In this document: one piece after another, positions 1 through 9,781 of the stretch
How the letters are laid out: each line of letters opens with the position of its first letter
How positions within the stretch are numbered: position 1 is the stretch's first letter
Made by a program: the position numbers and the translations under genes
Source: Alphaproteobacteria bacterium
GTDB lineage: Bacteria > Pseudomonadota > Alphaproteobacteria > Bin95
Direction: 5' to 3'
Assembly: GCA_964291285.2 (NCBI GenBank)
Contig: OZ219788.1
Location: 64,001-128,000, forward strand
Length of the DNA stretch: 64,000 bases
The notes under the pieces: model-generated
What the model saw: only the letters and a program-made list of their open reading frames with translations
Databases searched by the model: none
What the model was told of the DNA's origin: nothing

Positions 1-6
1 CCCGGC

Positions 7-15
7 TGATATAAT
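7..15 (+). promoter_or_regulatory. Putative extended -10 promoter element (TGaTATAAT)
   Basis: Consensus TGnTATAAT about 30 nt upstream of an RBS-preceded ORF; the -35 region lies outside the window. Confidence 0.5.
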
Positions 16-46
16 CGCGCGAAAACCCGGCGGGGAGGAGACGTCG

Positions 47-142
47 ATGAAGAACCCCTTGGAATCGCTCCACATGACGGTCGGACTGGGGGTCGTGTTG
101 ACCGTCGTCCTGATTATCGTCGCCCAGGCAATCGGCAGCTAG
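47..142 (+). CDS. 31-aa single-pass membrane peptide (MKNPLESLHMTVGLGVVLTVVLIIVAQAIGS)
   Basis: Strong RBS GGAGGAG, one hydrophobic helix, stop just before the RBS of the next gene; below the ORF-track cutoff. Confidence 0.65.
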   Translation: MKNPLESLHMTVGLGVVLTVVLIIVAQAIGS

Positions 143-166
143 GCGCGGAAGGGAGGACGACACGTC

Positions 167-670
167 ATGGAAAATGAATTCCTTCTCCATCTCGTTCGAT
201 GGTTCCATGTCCTGAGCGGCGTCATGTGGATCGGCCTGCTTTGGTACCTGAACTTCGTGCAGGTTCCGACCATGCCGAAGATCCCCGATGAGATGAAACC
301 CGCCATCGGCAAGCATATCGCTCCGGCGGTGTTGTTCTGGTTCCGCTGGTCGGCGGCCTCGACCGTGCTCTGGGGCCTGTTGCTGGCTCTCATGCAGGGC
401 ACGTTCGGTGACTGGCTCGCCATCGGCCTTGCCGACAACAGCAGTGTCAGCGCCTTCATCGGCATCGGCATGTGGCTCGGCCTCATCATGGCCTTCAATG
501 TCTGGTTCGTGATCTGGCCCAGCCAGAAGATCGCGCTGGGCATCGTGGACGCGCCGGATGACCAGAAGCCTCCGGCCGCGCGCCGGGCACTGTTGTTCTC
601 GCGCACCAACACGATGCTGTCGATTCCGATGCTTTACGGCATGCTGGCGGCGCAGAACCCGCCATTCTGA
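167..670 (+). CDS. Urate hydroxylase PuuD-like membrane protein (Urate_ox_N domain only)
   Basis: [25 protein letters not shown] and SRTN motifs; about 4 TM helices; no CxxCH cytochrome domain. Confidence 0.75.
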   Translation: MENEFLLHLVRWFHVLSGVMWIGLLWYLNFVQVPTMPKIPDEMKPAIGKHIAPAVLFWFRWSAASTVLWGLLLALMQGTFGDWLAIGLADNSSVSAFIGIGMWLGLIMAFNVWFVIWPSQKIALGIVDAPDDQKPPAARRALLFSRTNTMLSIPMLYGMLAAQNPPF

Positions 671-1833
671 TGGCGGCTGCCGGGCCGGCGTCGCCAGCGC
701 CGGCCGGCCCGGCAATCAGGGAGTATGCGCTGGCGCTCGGCTTCGACGCCGTCGGCTTTGCGCCGGCGGCGTCGCGCCTTGAGGTCCGCCGGAACTTGCG
801 CGAGTTTCTGGCGGAAGGACGCTACGGCGACATGGGCTGGCTCGCTGCGCGTGAAGGCCGGCGTTCGAGTCCCGACGCGCTCTGGTCCGAAGCGCGGACG
901 GTCATTGCGCTCGCGATGAGTTACGGTCCGGCGGCCGATCCGCTTGAATTGCTGCCGAAGAAAGAGCGGGGCACGGTCTCGGTTTATGCCCGCACGGCGC
1001 GCGACTACCACGACGTCATCAAGCGGAAGCTGAAACGGCTGGCCCGTTGGCTGGTCGAAAACCATGGCGGGGCGGTCAAGGTCTTCGTCGACACCGCGCC
1101 GGTCATGGAAAAGCCCGCGGCCGAGGCTGCCGGTCTTGGCTGGCAGGGCAAGCACACCAATCTGGTGTCGCGCCGCTACGGCTCCTGGCTCTTCCTCGGC
1201 GAGGTCTTCACGACGCTGGCGCTCAAGCCGGACGAGCCGCATGACGACCGCTGCGGAAGTTGCCGCGCCTGCCTCGATGTCTGCCCGACCGACGCCTTCA
1301 CTGCCCCCTATCGGCTGGATCCCCGGCGCTGCATTTCCTACCTCACCATCGAACACAAGGCGCCCATTCCGCATGAGTTCCGCCGCGCGATGGGAAACCG
1401 GATTTACGGTTGCGACGACTGTCTCGCCGTCTGCCCCTGGAACAAATTCGCCGCCCGCGCCGGCGAACCGGAGTTATTGCCGCGCATCGAGCTGACGGCC
1501 CCCAAGCTCGCCGATCTCGCGGGTCTCGACGACGCGGGCTTCCGGGAAGTGTTCGCCGGCTCGCCGATCAAGCGCACGGGCCGCAACCGCTTCCTGCGCA
1601 ATGTGCTGATCGCTGTCGGAAACAGCGGCGATGAAGGGCTCGTCCCGACCGCAAGGCAGGCGCTGGACGATCCGGCGCCCCTTGTGCGCGGCGCAGCCGT
1701 CTGGGCGCTCGGCGAACTGCTTCCGGAAGCGGAATTCGACGAACTCAGGCGAAAGCGGCTGCCTGCGGAAACCGATGCTTCGGTTCGTCGCGAGTGGACT
1801 TATGACGAGCCGTCGGCCTCGAGCCGGCGATAA
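670..1833 (+). CDS. queG: tRNA epoxyqueuosine(34) reductase
   Basis: [31 protein letters not shown] and [14 protein letters not shown] Fe-S motifs. Confidence 0.95.
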   Translation: MAAAGPASPAPAGPAIREYALALGFDAVGFAPAASRLEVRRNLREFLAEGRYGDMGWLAAREGRRSSPDALWSEARTVIALAMSYGPAADPLELLPKKERGTVSVYARTARDYHDVIKRKLKRLARWLVENHGGAVKVFVDTAPVMEKPAAEAAGLGWQGKHTNLVSRRYGSWLFLGEVFTTLALKPDEPHDDRCGSCRACLDVCPTDAFTAPYRLDPRRCISYLTIEHKAPIPHEFRRAMGNRIYGCDDCLAVCPWNKFAARAGEPELLPRIELTAPKLADLAGLDDAGFREVFAGSPIKRTGRNRFLRNVLIAVGNSGDEGLVPTARQALDDPAPLVRGAAVWALGELLPEAEFDELRRKRLPAETDASVRREWTYDEPSASSRR

Positions 1834-2297
1834 CCGCCCGCAAAAAAGATCAGCGGCCGACCCGCTCCATCGGTCGCCAGAGTCTTGGCGCGGCCGATGA
1901 GAATGTCGTGGTCCCCGCCGTCATGGATCGCCTCCGTCGTGCATTCGATCTGGGCGACGGCGCCCGCCATCAGCGGCGCGCCGCTTGCCTCGCCGATGGA
2001 ATAGTCGAGCTCCTGCCACGGGCGGGGGGCGTTCTTGGTCGCGAAAATCGAGGACAGGGAAGACTGGTCCTCCGCCAGCACATTGACCGCGAAATGCGTG
2101 CTGTCGAGGAACGCCTGGCGGCAGTTGGCGTCCTTGTCGAGGCAGAACAGCACCAGCGGCGGCTCCAGCGAGAGCGAACTGAAGGAGCCAATCGTCACGC
2201 CGTGCATTTCCCCGTCATGCGCCGTGGTGGTTATCACGGTCACGCCGGTCGGCATGCGTCCGAGCGTATCCCGGAAGGCGCGTGGCTCGACGGTCAT
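1800..2297 (-). CDS. Flavin reductase family protein (HpaC/RutF-like)
   Basis: [20 protein letters not shown] and GGDH motifs; start reassigned to the ATG at 2297. Confidence 0.9.
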   Translation of the reverse strand: MTVEPRAFRDTLGRMPTGVTVITTTAHDGEMHGVTIGSFSSLSLEPPLVLFCLDKDANCRQAFLDSTHFAVNVLAEDQSSLSSIFATKNAPRPWQELDYSIGEASGAPLMAGAVAQIECTTEAIHDGGDHDILIGRAKTLATDGAGRPLIFFAGGYRRLEADGSS

Positions 2298-2475
2298 CCC
2301 CGGTTCCCCTCCCAACTCCGGTATGAGGCCTGCCCCTTGCACCCGAACCGGTAGCCGGAGCGTCTTGCTAGTCATCCTATTGGCCACCGTGTCGACGCGC
2401 AAACCGGGCACGGTGCAGGCGACAGCCGATACTTGCGGCACCGACAGCGGTTCGGCCATATAGGGGCGCGCAAGC

Positions 2476-3525
2476 ATGGGGGAAAACCCAGTGGAATACC
2501 GGAATCTCGGGCGGAGCGGCCTCAAGGTCTCGAAGCTGTGCCTGGGCGCGATGATGTTCGGCGGGCCGACGGCGCCCGAAGACGCCGAGGCCATGGTCGA
2601 GGGCGCCCGGACCGCCGGCGTCAACTTCATCGACACGGCGGACGGCTACAACCGGGGGCGTTCCGAAGAGGTCGTCGGCCAGGCCGTGGCGCGCGACCGC
2701 GACGGCTGGGTCGTCGCAACCAAACTCTTCAACCCGATGGGCGAAAGACCCAATGGCGGCGGCCTGTCGCGCAAATGGATGCTGCGCGCCTGCGAGGCCA
2801 GCCTGAAACGCCTCGGTACCGACCGCATCGACCTCTACTACCTGCACAAGGAAGACCCGGATACGCCGCTCGAAGAGACCGTGCGGGCGATGGACGACCT
2901 GATCCGCGCGGGCAAGGTGCTCTATTACGGCGTCTCGAACTACCGGTCCTGGCGCATTGCTGAAATCTGCCGCATAGCCGATGACCTTGGTGCGCCGCGC
3001 CCCATCGCCAGCCAGCCCTATTACAACGCCGTCAACCGCATGCCGGAGATGGAGCACATGCCGGCCTGCAACTGGTTCGGGCTTGGCGTCGTGCCCTACA
3101 GCCCGGTCGCGCGCGGTGTGCTGACGGGAAAGTACCGCCCCGGCGCGGAACCTGAGACCGGCAGCCGCGCGGCACGCGGCGACAGGCGCATCCGCGAGAC
3201 CGAATTGCGCGACGAATCGCTGGCGATCGCCTCGAAGGTCGTCGCCCACGCCGAGCGGCGCGGCATGTCGGCGGCGCAGTTCGCAACACTCTGGGTGTTG
3301 AACAACCGTTTCGTCACCTCTGTGATCGCCGGTCCGCGCACCAGGGAGCAATGGCAGGACTATCTGGGCGCGATGGACCACGCATTCACCGGCGAAGACG
3401 AAGCGCTGATCGACGCCCTGGTAGCGCCCGGCCATCCATCCACGCCCGGCTACAATGATCCGCAATATCCGGTCGAGGGCCGGCCGGTCTGGACCGACGC
3501 GCCGGAGCAGGAGGTTTCGCAATGA
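2476..3525 (+). CDS. Aldo/keto reductase
   Basis: LGRSGLKVS, IDTADGY and SLKRLGTDRIDLYYLH; start could be the GTG at 2491. Confidence 0.9.
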   Translation: MGENPVEYRNLGRSGLKVSKLCLGAMMFGGPTAPEDAEAMVEGARTAGVNFIDTADGYNRGRSEEVVGQAVARDRDGWVVATKLFNPMGERPNGGGLSRKWMLRACEASLKRLGTDRIDLYYLHKEDPDTPLEETVRAMDDLIRAGKVLYYGVSNYRSWRIAEICRIADDLGAPRPIASQPYYNAVNRMPEMEHMPACNWFGLGVVPYSPVARGVLTGKYRPGAEPETGSRAARGDRRIRETELRDESLAIASKVVAHAERRGMSAAQFATLWVLNNRFVTSVIAGPRTREQWQDYLGAMDHAFTGEDEALIDALVAPGHPSTPGYNDPQYPVEGRPVWTDAPEQEVSQ

Positions 3526-4751
3526 CGACCGACCGACCCGCCTATGCCGGTCTCCGCGTCTGCGACCTGACGCAGGGCGTTGCAGGTCCCCATTGCGCCT
3601 TCCTGCTGGCCCAGCACGGAGCTGACGTCATCAAAATCGAGCCGCCGGGTGGAGACTGGGGACGGGGCATCGGCAAGCGCCACGGGCCCTATTCCGCCTT
3701 TTTCCTCCAGGTCAATCGGGGCAAGCGTTCCCTCGCGCTTGACCTCAAGCAGGCGGAAGCCAGGGATGCGGCGGCCAGGATCGCGGCACAGGCGGATATC
3801 GTGCTGGAGGCATTCCGGCCGGGCGTGACGGCAAGGTTCGGCCTCGATTACGAGAGCGTCCGCGCCGTCAATCCCGATGTCATTTATCTCTCCGTCACGG
3901 GCTACGGCCAGCACGGTCCCTGGAGCGACCGGCCGCTGACGGACTCGATAGCCCAGGCGGTGACCGGCATGATGTCCATGAACCGCGACAAAAACGGCCT
4001 GCCGCAGCGGGTCGGCATGATCGCCATCGACGTGATGACGGGCCTTTATGCCTTCCAGGCGGTCTCGGCGGCGCTCTATGCCCGCACGGTCCAAGGCGCG
4101 CCCGGCCGCCATATCGACATGAGCCTCCAGCAGTCCGCCGGCGCGTTCATGGCCGCAAAGATGATCGAGTACCATCTAGAAGGCCCGGTGCCGCAGGTCG
4201 TCGGCGTTCCCGTCGGCACCTTCCGGAGCGCCGATGGCTTCGTGAACATCAATGCGCGGCGCGAGAAGCATTTCGAAGCGCTTTGCGGCCTTGTGGACCG
4301 GCCTGGGCTTGCGCACGATCCGCGCTTCGCCAGCTACGAAGCGCGGATCGAGAACGAGGCCGCATTGATGGCCCTGCTCCGCCCGCTGGTCAGGGAACGC
4401 TCCACGGCGGAATGGGTCCGGCTGCTTGGCGAGGCGGACATCATCGCCGGGCCGGTCAATGACTTCGGCGACTATTTCCGGGAACCGCAGGTGCTCCATA
4501 ACGACTCGGTCGCTTGGCAGGAGCACGATGCAGTCGGGTGCGTGCCCATGCATGTCGTGCCGGGCATCGGGACGGCACCGGAAGGCAGTTTCCTTGCGAC
4601 CGCGCCGGACCTTGGCGCGCACAGCCGTGCCGTGCTCCGCGAGTACGGCTACAGCGATTCGCAGATCGACCGGATGACGGCCTCGAGCGCGGTGATCGAC
4701 GGCGCGCGCATGGACACGAACCGCGCGGCAGCGCAAGCTGCCGAGGACTAG
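3522..4751 (+). CDS. CaiB/BaiF family (class III) CoA transferase
   Basis: GADVIKIEPP, NRGKRS and FRPG motifs. Confidence 0.9.
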   Translation: MTTDRPAYAGLRVCDLTQGVAGPHCAFLLAQHGADVIKIEPPGGDWGRGIGKRHGPYSAFFLQVNRGKRSLALDLKQAEARDAAARIAAQADIVLEAFRPGVTARFGLDYESVRAVNPDVIYLSVTGYGQHGPWSDRPLTDSIAQAVTGMMSMNRDKNGLPQRVGMIAIDVMTGLYAFQAVSAALYARTVQGAPGRHIDMSLQQSAGAFMAAKMIEYHLEGPVPQVVGVPVGTFRSADGFVNINARREKHFEALCGLVDRPGLAHDPRFASYEARIENEAALMALLRPLVRERSTAEWVRLLGEADIIAGPVNDFGDYFREPQVLHNDSVAWQEHDAVGCVPMHVVPGIGTAPEGSFLATAPDLGAHSRAVLREYGYSDSQIDRMTASSAVIDGARMDTNRAAAQAAED

Positions 4752-4772
4752 AAGACGGGGAGGCAGGGCGGG

Positions 4773-6365
4773 ATGAACCGCTTCGACTACATCATTATCG
4801 GTGCCGGGTCCGCCGGCTGTGTCATGGCCAATCGCCTGAGCGAGAATCCAGCGGCCAGCGTGCTTCTGCTGGAGGCGGGCGGGCGCGATCTCAATCCGTT
4901 CATCCATATCCCCGCCGGATTCTTCAAGACGCTCTACGACACCTCCGTCAACTGGTGCTACGCCACGGAGAAAGAGGAGAGCAGCGGCAACCGGGCCATC
5001 CACTGGCCGCGCGGCAAGGTGCTCGGCGGCTCGTCCGCCATCAATGGCCATCTCATCGTGCGCGGCCAGCCGGAGGATTATGACGGCTGGGCGCAGCTCG
5101 GCAATCGCGGTTGGTCCTATGACGAGGTTCTGCCCTATTTCAGGAAGTTCGAGAACCGGGCAAGCGGCGACCCGGAGATCCGCGGCCGGGGCGGCCCGAT
5201 CAACGTCATCGATCCCATAGAGCAGCATCCGCTGACGCGGCTCTTCATGGAGGCGTGCGTCGAGGCCGGCATCCCGCGCAACGACGACTACAACGATGGC
5301 GAGCAGGAAGGTGTGGGTTACTTCCAGCACGCCATCCGCAACGGCCGCCGGGAGAGCACGGCGCGGACCTATCTGCGCCAGACAGACGGCCGGACGAACC
5401 TGCGGGTGGAAACCCACGCGCTTACGCAGCGGCTTGTCGTCGAGGAGGGGCGCGCGGTCGGGGTCGTGTTCCGCCAGGGCGATACCGTCCGCGAGGTCCG
5501 GGCCAACGCCGAGATCGTCCTGTCGTCCGGGTCCATTGCCTCGCCGCAGCTGCTGGAACTGTCGGGCATCGGTGACGCGGAACGCCTCAAACCGCTCGGG
5601 ATCGAACCGGTCCACCACCTGCCCGGCGTCGGTGAGAACCTCCAGGACCACTATGTCGCCCGCATCTGCATGAAGGCGAAAGGCATCCGCACCTTCAACG
5701 AGCGTTCGAAGGGGCTGCCGCTGCTCTGGGAAACCGTGCGTTACGTGACGACACGCACCGGGCTGCTGACTGCCGCGCCCGGTAATGTCAGCGCTTCAGT
5801 GAAGATCATGCCGGGTGTGGCGACGCCGGACGTGCAGTACAGCTTCGCGCCGGCGAGCTACAAGGACGGCGTCATCAGCGTGCTCGACGACTATCCCGGC
5901 ATGACGCTCGGCTTCTGGCAGCACCGGCCGGAGAGCATCGGTTCGATCCATATCGCCGCCAACGATCCGGACCGCCACCCGGTCATCCGCCCGAACTACC
6001 TCGCCACGCAGACCGACTGCGACACCATGACGGGCGCGCTGAAGCTCGCGCGAAAGATATTCGAGCAACCGGCCATCGCACCTTACATCGAGTGCGAAAC
6101 CATACCGGGCGCTGAACGGACGAGCGACGACGAGCTGCTTCACTACTGCCGCAGCAACGGCGCGACGGTTTATCATCCCATCGGCACTTGCAAGATGGGC
6201 GACGACCCGATGGCCGTGGTCGATTCCTCGCTCCGCCTGCGCGGGCTGGAGGGGCTCCGGGTGGTGGACGCCTCGGTGATGCCGCGTATGGTCTCGGCCA
6301 ACACCAATGCGGCCGTGCTGATGATCGCGGAGAAGTCGGCGGACATGATAAAGGCAGAAGCCTGA
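4773..6365 (+). CDS. GMC family oxidoreductase (choline dehydrogenase-like)
   Basis: GAGSAG FAD motif, RGKVLGGSSAING, GENLQDH, YHPIGTC. Confidence 0.92.
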   Translation: MNRFDYIIIGAGSAGCVMANRLSENPAASVLLLEAGGRDLNPFIHIPAGFFKTLYDTSVNWCYATEKEESSGNRAIHWPRGKVLGGSSAINGHLIVRGQPEDYDGWAQLGNRGWSYDEVLPYFRKFENRASGDPEIRGRGGPINVIDPIEQHPLTRLFMEACVEAGIPRNDDYNDGEQEGVGYFQHAIRNGRRESTARTYLRQTDGRTNLRVETHALTQRLVVEEGRAVGVVFRQGDTVREVRANAEIVLSSGSIASPQLLELSGIGDAERLKPLGIEPVHHLPGVGENLQDHYVARICMKAKGIRTFNERSKGLPLLWETVRYVTTRTGLLTAAPGNVSASVKIMPGVATPDVQYSFAPASYKDGVISVLDDYPGMTLGFWQHRPESIGSIHIAANDPDRHPVIRPNYLATQTDCDTMTGALKLARKIFEQPAIAPYIECETIPGAERTSDDELLHYCRSNGATVYHPIGTCKMGDDPMAVVDSSLRLRGLEGLRVVDASVMPRMVSANTNAAVLMIAEKSADMIKAEA

Positions 6366-6397
6366 AGCGGCTCCGGCCGTCAACCGGGAGAAGAAGC

Positions 6398-7102
6398 ATG
6401 GTCGAATACGCCCCCTATCCCGAAAACACGCAACCGGGGGTCAACTCCGAGCGCTATTTCCGCACAAGCCAGCTCGCCCCGTCGCAACCCTTCATCGAGG
6501 CTCCGGTGACGCTTTCGGAGATTACCGGCCCGCTTTTCACGCGCGAGGGCGTGTCGCCGGAGGAAGCGGACCTTACAACGGGCGGCAAGGCACTCGGCCA
6601 GTTGATGGTCCTTGCCGGCCAGGTCCGGGACGAGGATGCACGCCCGCTCCCGGGCGTCCTGGTGGAAGCCTGGCAGGCGAACGCCTCCGGCAAATACCGC
6701 CACCCGGTGGACGGGCGCGATGCGCCGCTCGACCCCCATTTCGTCGGTGGAGGCCGCGCCGTGACCGATGCGGAAGGCAGCTACCGCTTCGTCACCATCA
6801 AGCCCGGTGCCTATCCGGTTCCCAATTCCGGCAATTGGTGGCGCCCGCCGCATATCCACCTGTCGATCTACGGCTATGCGTTCATGAGCCGGATGATCAC
6901 CCAGGTCTATTTCCCGGGAGACCCGCTGAACGAGATCGATTCGATCTTCATGTCCGTGCCGGATGCCGCTGCGCGGGACCGGCTCGTCGCCCGGCCCCAG
7001 GCGTCTTACGGCCTGCACGAACACGCGCTCGGCTACGGCTTCGACATCGTCATGCGGGGCCGGGACCAGACGCCGATGGATGAGGAAGGGTCCGCGACAT
7101 GA
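6398..7102 (+). CDS. pcaH: Protocatechuate 3,4-dioxygenase beta subunit
   Basis: WQANASGKYRH, KPGAYP and RPPHIH iron-ligand motifs; start reassigned to 6398. Confidence 0.85.
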   Translation: MVEYAPYPENTQPGVNSERYFRTSQLAPSQPFIEAPVTLSEITGPLFTREGVSPEEADLTTGGKALGQLMVLAGQVRDEDARPLPGVLVEAWQANASGKYRHPVDGRDAPLDPHFVGGGRAVTDAEGSYRFVTIKPGAYPVPNSGNWWRPPHIHLSIYGYAFMSRMITQVYFPGDPLNEIDSIFMSVPDAAARDRLVARPQASYGLHEHALGYGFDIVMRGRDQTPMDEEGSAT

Positions 7103-7659
7103 GTCTTGCGCCGACAGCCTCACAGACGCTTGGGCCATTCTTCAACTACGCCCTGCCGTTCAATGCCGACCTTACCGGCGGCGGCAAGGCCGAAGGGCGC
7201 AGCATCGTCCTGCAAGGCCGGGTTACAGATGTCAACGCGGCACCCGTCCGCGATGCGCTTGTCGAAATCTGGCAGGCGAATGCTGCGGGCGGCTATGCGC
7301 ATCCGCTCGACACGGATAAGGCGCGCCCGCGCGACCCGCATTTCAACGGATTCGGCAGGGTTCTGACGAATGCCGAGGGCGTCTTCGCCTTCACGACGGT
7401 GATGCCGGGCCCGGTTCCCTTCGAGGGTAATCGCTGGCAGGCGCCGCATGTCTCGGTCGCGGTGTTCTCCGCCGGACTGCTGCGGCGGGTGCGGACCCGC
7501 GCCTACTTCCCCGGCGAGGAGTTGAACGCCGACGATCCCGTGCTGGCGGCCGTGCCCGCCGGCCGCCGGCCGCTACTGGTGGCGCAGGCCGAAGATGGCG
7601 GTTTTCGCTTCGACATCCGCCTCAGGGGCGAGAACGAAACGCCGTTCTTCGGCGACTGA
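7099..7659 (+). CDS. pcaG: Protocatechuate 3,4-dioxygenase alpha subunit
   Basis: TASQTLGPF, EIWQANAAG, QAPH and GENETPFF; ATGA-coupled to pcaH. Confidence 0.88.
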   Translation: MSLAPTASQTLGPFFNYALPFNADLTGGGKAEGRSIVLQGRVTDVNAAPVRDALVEIWQANAAGGYAHPLDTDKARPRDPHFNGFGRVLTNAEGVFAFTTVMPGPVPFEGNRWQAPHVSVAVFSAGLLRRVRTRAYFPGEELNADDPVLAAVPAGRRPLLVAQAEDGGFRFDIRLRGENETPFFGD

Positions 7660-7672
7660 CCGGACCGGCGTC

Positions 7673-8518
7673 TCAGAGGCGCGGCCCGAGGCTCTCCACC
7701 AGGGTGTCGAGCTCCTTCAGGCTCTCGGCTTCATCAACGGACGGCAGCATGAAGACCGCCCGCGCCACGCTCGCGGCCTCAGCCCTGTCGAGCAGCGATT
7801 CGTCGGGCGCCACGCCGAACAGCGTCACTGCGATATCATCCGGGTCGCGGCCCGCTTCGGCGGCCATCTGCCGGAAGCGGGGCAGGAGTTCCAACACGTC
7901 CTGGTTGCGGCCGCCTATCGGCATCCAGCCGTCGCCATAGGCGATCGCCCGGCGCGCACCCCAAGGAAAGGCTCCGCCAACGATCACCGGCGGATGCGGG
8001 CGCTGCACCGGCTTCGGCCATTGCGCCATGGAGTCGAAATCGACGAACTTGCCGTGGAACTCCGCCTTGGCCTCGGTCCAGATCGTCTTCATGGCCGCGA
8101 CGCGCTCTTCCATGAGTGTGAAGCGCGTCGCGAAATCGGTGCCGTGATCGGCCATCTCCTCCGCATTCCAGCCGCCGCCGATCCCGAACAGGAAACGACC
8201 GTCGGACAGGCGGTCGACCGTGGAGACTTCCTTGGCCGTATAGATCGGGTCCCGCTGAACGACGAGGCATATGCCGGTCCCGAGCCTGATGCGGGAGGTG
8301 ACGGCAGCCGCGCTGGCGAGCGCCAGGAAGGGGTCCATCACGTCGTAATACTGTTTCGGCAAGTCGGCGCCGCCCGGCCAGGGAGACTGGCGCGACCACG
8401 GAATATGCGAGTGCTCCGGAAGCCAGAAGGACTCGAAACCGCGCTCTTCGGCCGCGAGGGCAAGGGCAGCCGGCGCAATGGAATAGTCGGTCGGGAAATG
8501 GGCGATGCCGTAGTCCAT
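7673..8518 (-). CDS. LLM class (putatively F420-dependent) oxidoreductase
   Basis: EERGFESFWLPEHSHIP, RLGTGI and PKPVQRPHPP motifs. Confidence 0.85.
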   Translation of the reverse strand: MDYGIAHFPTDYSIAPAALALAAEERGFESFWLPEHSHIPWSRQSPWPGGADLPKQYYDVMDPFLALASAAAVTSRIRLGTGICLVVQRDPIYTAKEVSTVDRLSDGRFLFGIGGGWNAEEMADHGTDFATRFTLMEERVAAMKTIWTEAKAEFHGKFVDFDSMAQWPKPVQRPHPPVIVGGAFPWGARRAIAYGDGWMPIGGRNQDVLELLPRFRQMAAEAGRDPDDIAVTLFGVAPDESLLDRAEAASVARAVFMLPSVDEAESLKELDTLVESLGPRL

Positions 8519-8563
8519 GGGGTCCTCGTCCTTCTGCATTGGCGGAGAGCCAGGAAAGGCACC

Positions 8564-8832
8564 CTACCCCATTTCCGGCAGTTGCGAAGCGGCCGCTGCG
8601 AGCGCTTCCGGGTCGCCCTCCACCCGTACCGTCTTCTCGCGGCCCCGCTCCCCGCGAACAATGGCGACACGGCCTTTCGGGACGCCGAACGCCTTTGCGA
8701 GCAGGGCCTCGACTGCCTTGTTGGCCTCGCCCTCCGCCGGGCGCGCGGACACCCGAACCGCCAGTCGGACCCCGGAATCTACAAGGCTCCTGAAACCGGA
8801 ACGGCACGAGCCGGGCGACATACGCAGCCTGA
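8564..8832 (-). pseudogene. DUF167/YggU family gene, 3' part (interrupted by IS5 + IS701-like)
   Basis: PAEGEANKAV..LAKAFGVPK...GREK motif; joins in frame with 11585-11621 to give about 100 aa. Confidence 0.8.
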
Positions 8833-9763
8833 GAGCCTGACTCGAAACTCGCTGAAGTTTTTCAAGGCCTTGCGAGTCGGCGTGTTGTGAGCCGGATATG
8901 GGCGATGTTGATCCATGCTTCGCTTGAGGCGATGGATTTTTCCCAGTCTTTTGCCAGCCTGCGGCAGCGCCCGAGCCATGCGAAGGTGCGTTCGACGACC
9001 CATCGTCCGGGGAGGACTTCGAAGCCGTTGGCGGTGTCGGAGCGTTTGACGATTTCGAGCGTCCACTTGCCGATCCTGTCGAGGGCGCCGCGCAGTTTCG
9101 GCCCGGCATATCCGCCATCGGCGAACAGATGACGCAGCCAGGGGCAGGCGTGGCGGATGGATTTCAGCACGGCCGGGGCGCCGTCGCGGTCCTGAACGTC
9201 GGCGGCATGTACGACGAGGCCGAAGAGCATGCCGATGGTGTCGACGACAGCGTGGCGCTTGCGCCCTTTGACCTTCTTGCCGGCGTCATAGCCGCTAACC
9301 CCGCCTGCCTCCGTGGTTTTCACCGTCTGGCTGTCGATCACGCCCGCGCTCGGCTGGGCCTCGCGCCCCTCGCGTTCGCGCGCCTGCACGGCCAGGTGGA
9401 ACCGGATCGTCTGCCACAGCCTGTTGTCGCGCCACTCGTAGAAATAGCGCTGCACCGTCGAGACCGGCGGAAAGTCCTTCGGCAGCTGGCGCCACTGACA
9501 ACCGGTCGTGGCCATATACAGCACCGCATTTACGACCTCGCGCAGATCGGTCTGGCGCGGGCGACCGATACGGCAGGGCAACGGCATGAAGGGCTCGATC
9601 AGAGACCACTCAGCGTCGGTCAGATCGCTTGCATATCGTGGGCAGTCCCGCCGATACTCCCGGCGAGCGGTTTCGGTCCAGGGCATTCGTGGCTCCGTTC
9701 AGATGCATAACCGAACTGAATCACAATCCCTTGAAACCGCTCAACTCTTTTTGGGTCAGGCTC
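8833..9763 (-). mobile_element. IS5 family (IS1031-type) insertion sequence, copy 1, 931 bp
   Basis: TIRs GAGCCTGACTCGAAA / GAGCCTGACCCAAAA; TGA duplicated at 8830-8832 and 9764-9766. Confidence 0.93.
8862..9686 (-). CDS. IS5 family DDE transposase
   Basis: YASDLTDAEW, GCQWRQLP, IDSQTVK, ADGGY and RWVVERTFAW. Confidence 0.95.
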   Translation of the reverse strand: MPWTETARREYRRDCPRYASDLTDAEWSLIEPFMPLPCRIGRPRQTDLREVVNAVLYMATTGCQWRQLPKDFPPVSTVQRYFYEWRDNRLWQTIRFHLAVQAREREGREAQPSAGVIDSQTVKTTEAGGVSGYDAGKKVKGRKRHAVVDTIGMLFGLVVHAADVQDRDGAPAVLKSIRHACPWLRHLFADGGYAGPKLRGALDRIGKWTLEIVKRSDTANGFEVLPGRWVVERTFAWLGRCRRLAKDWEKSIASSEAWINIAHIRLTTRRLARP

Positions 9764-9781
9764 TGAGCTCGACTTTGTGCA

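Noticed and set aside
5079-5110. 32-nt identity with 47782-47813
   Set aside because: Conserved YDGWAQLGNRG motif of two GMC paralogues under strong codon bias; not a repeat element
8564-9118. 184-aa IS5/DUF167 fusion ORF
   Set aside because: Alternative frame of IS5 running into the truncated host gene; the real 5' end is at 11585-11621
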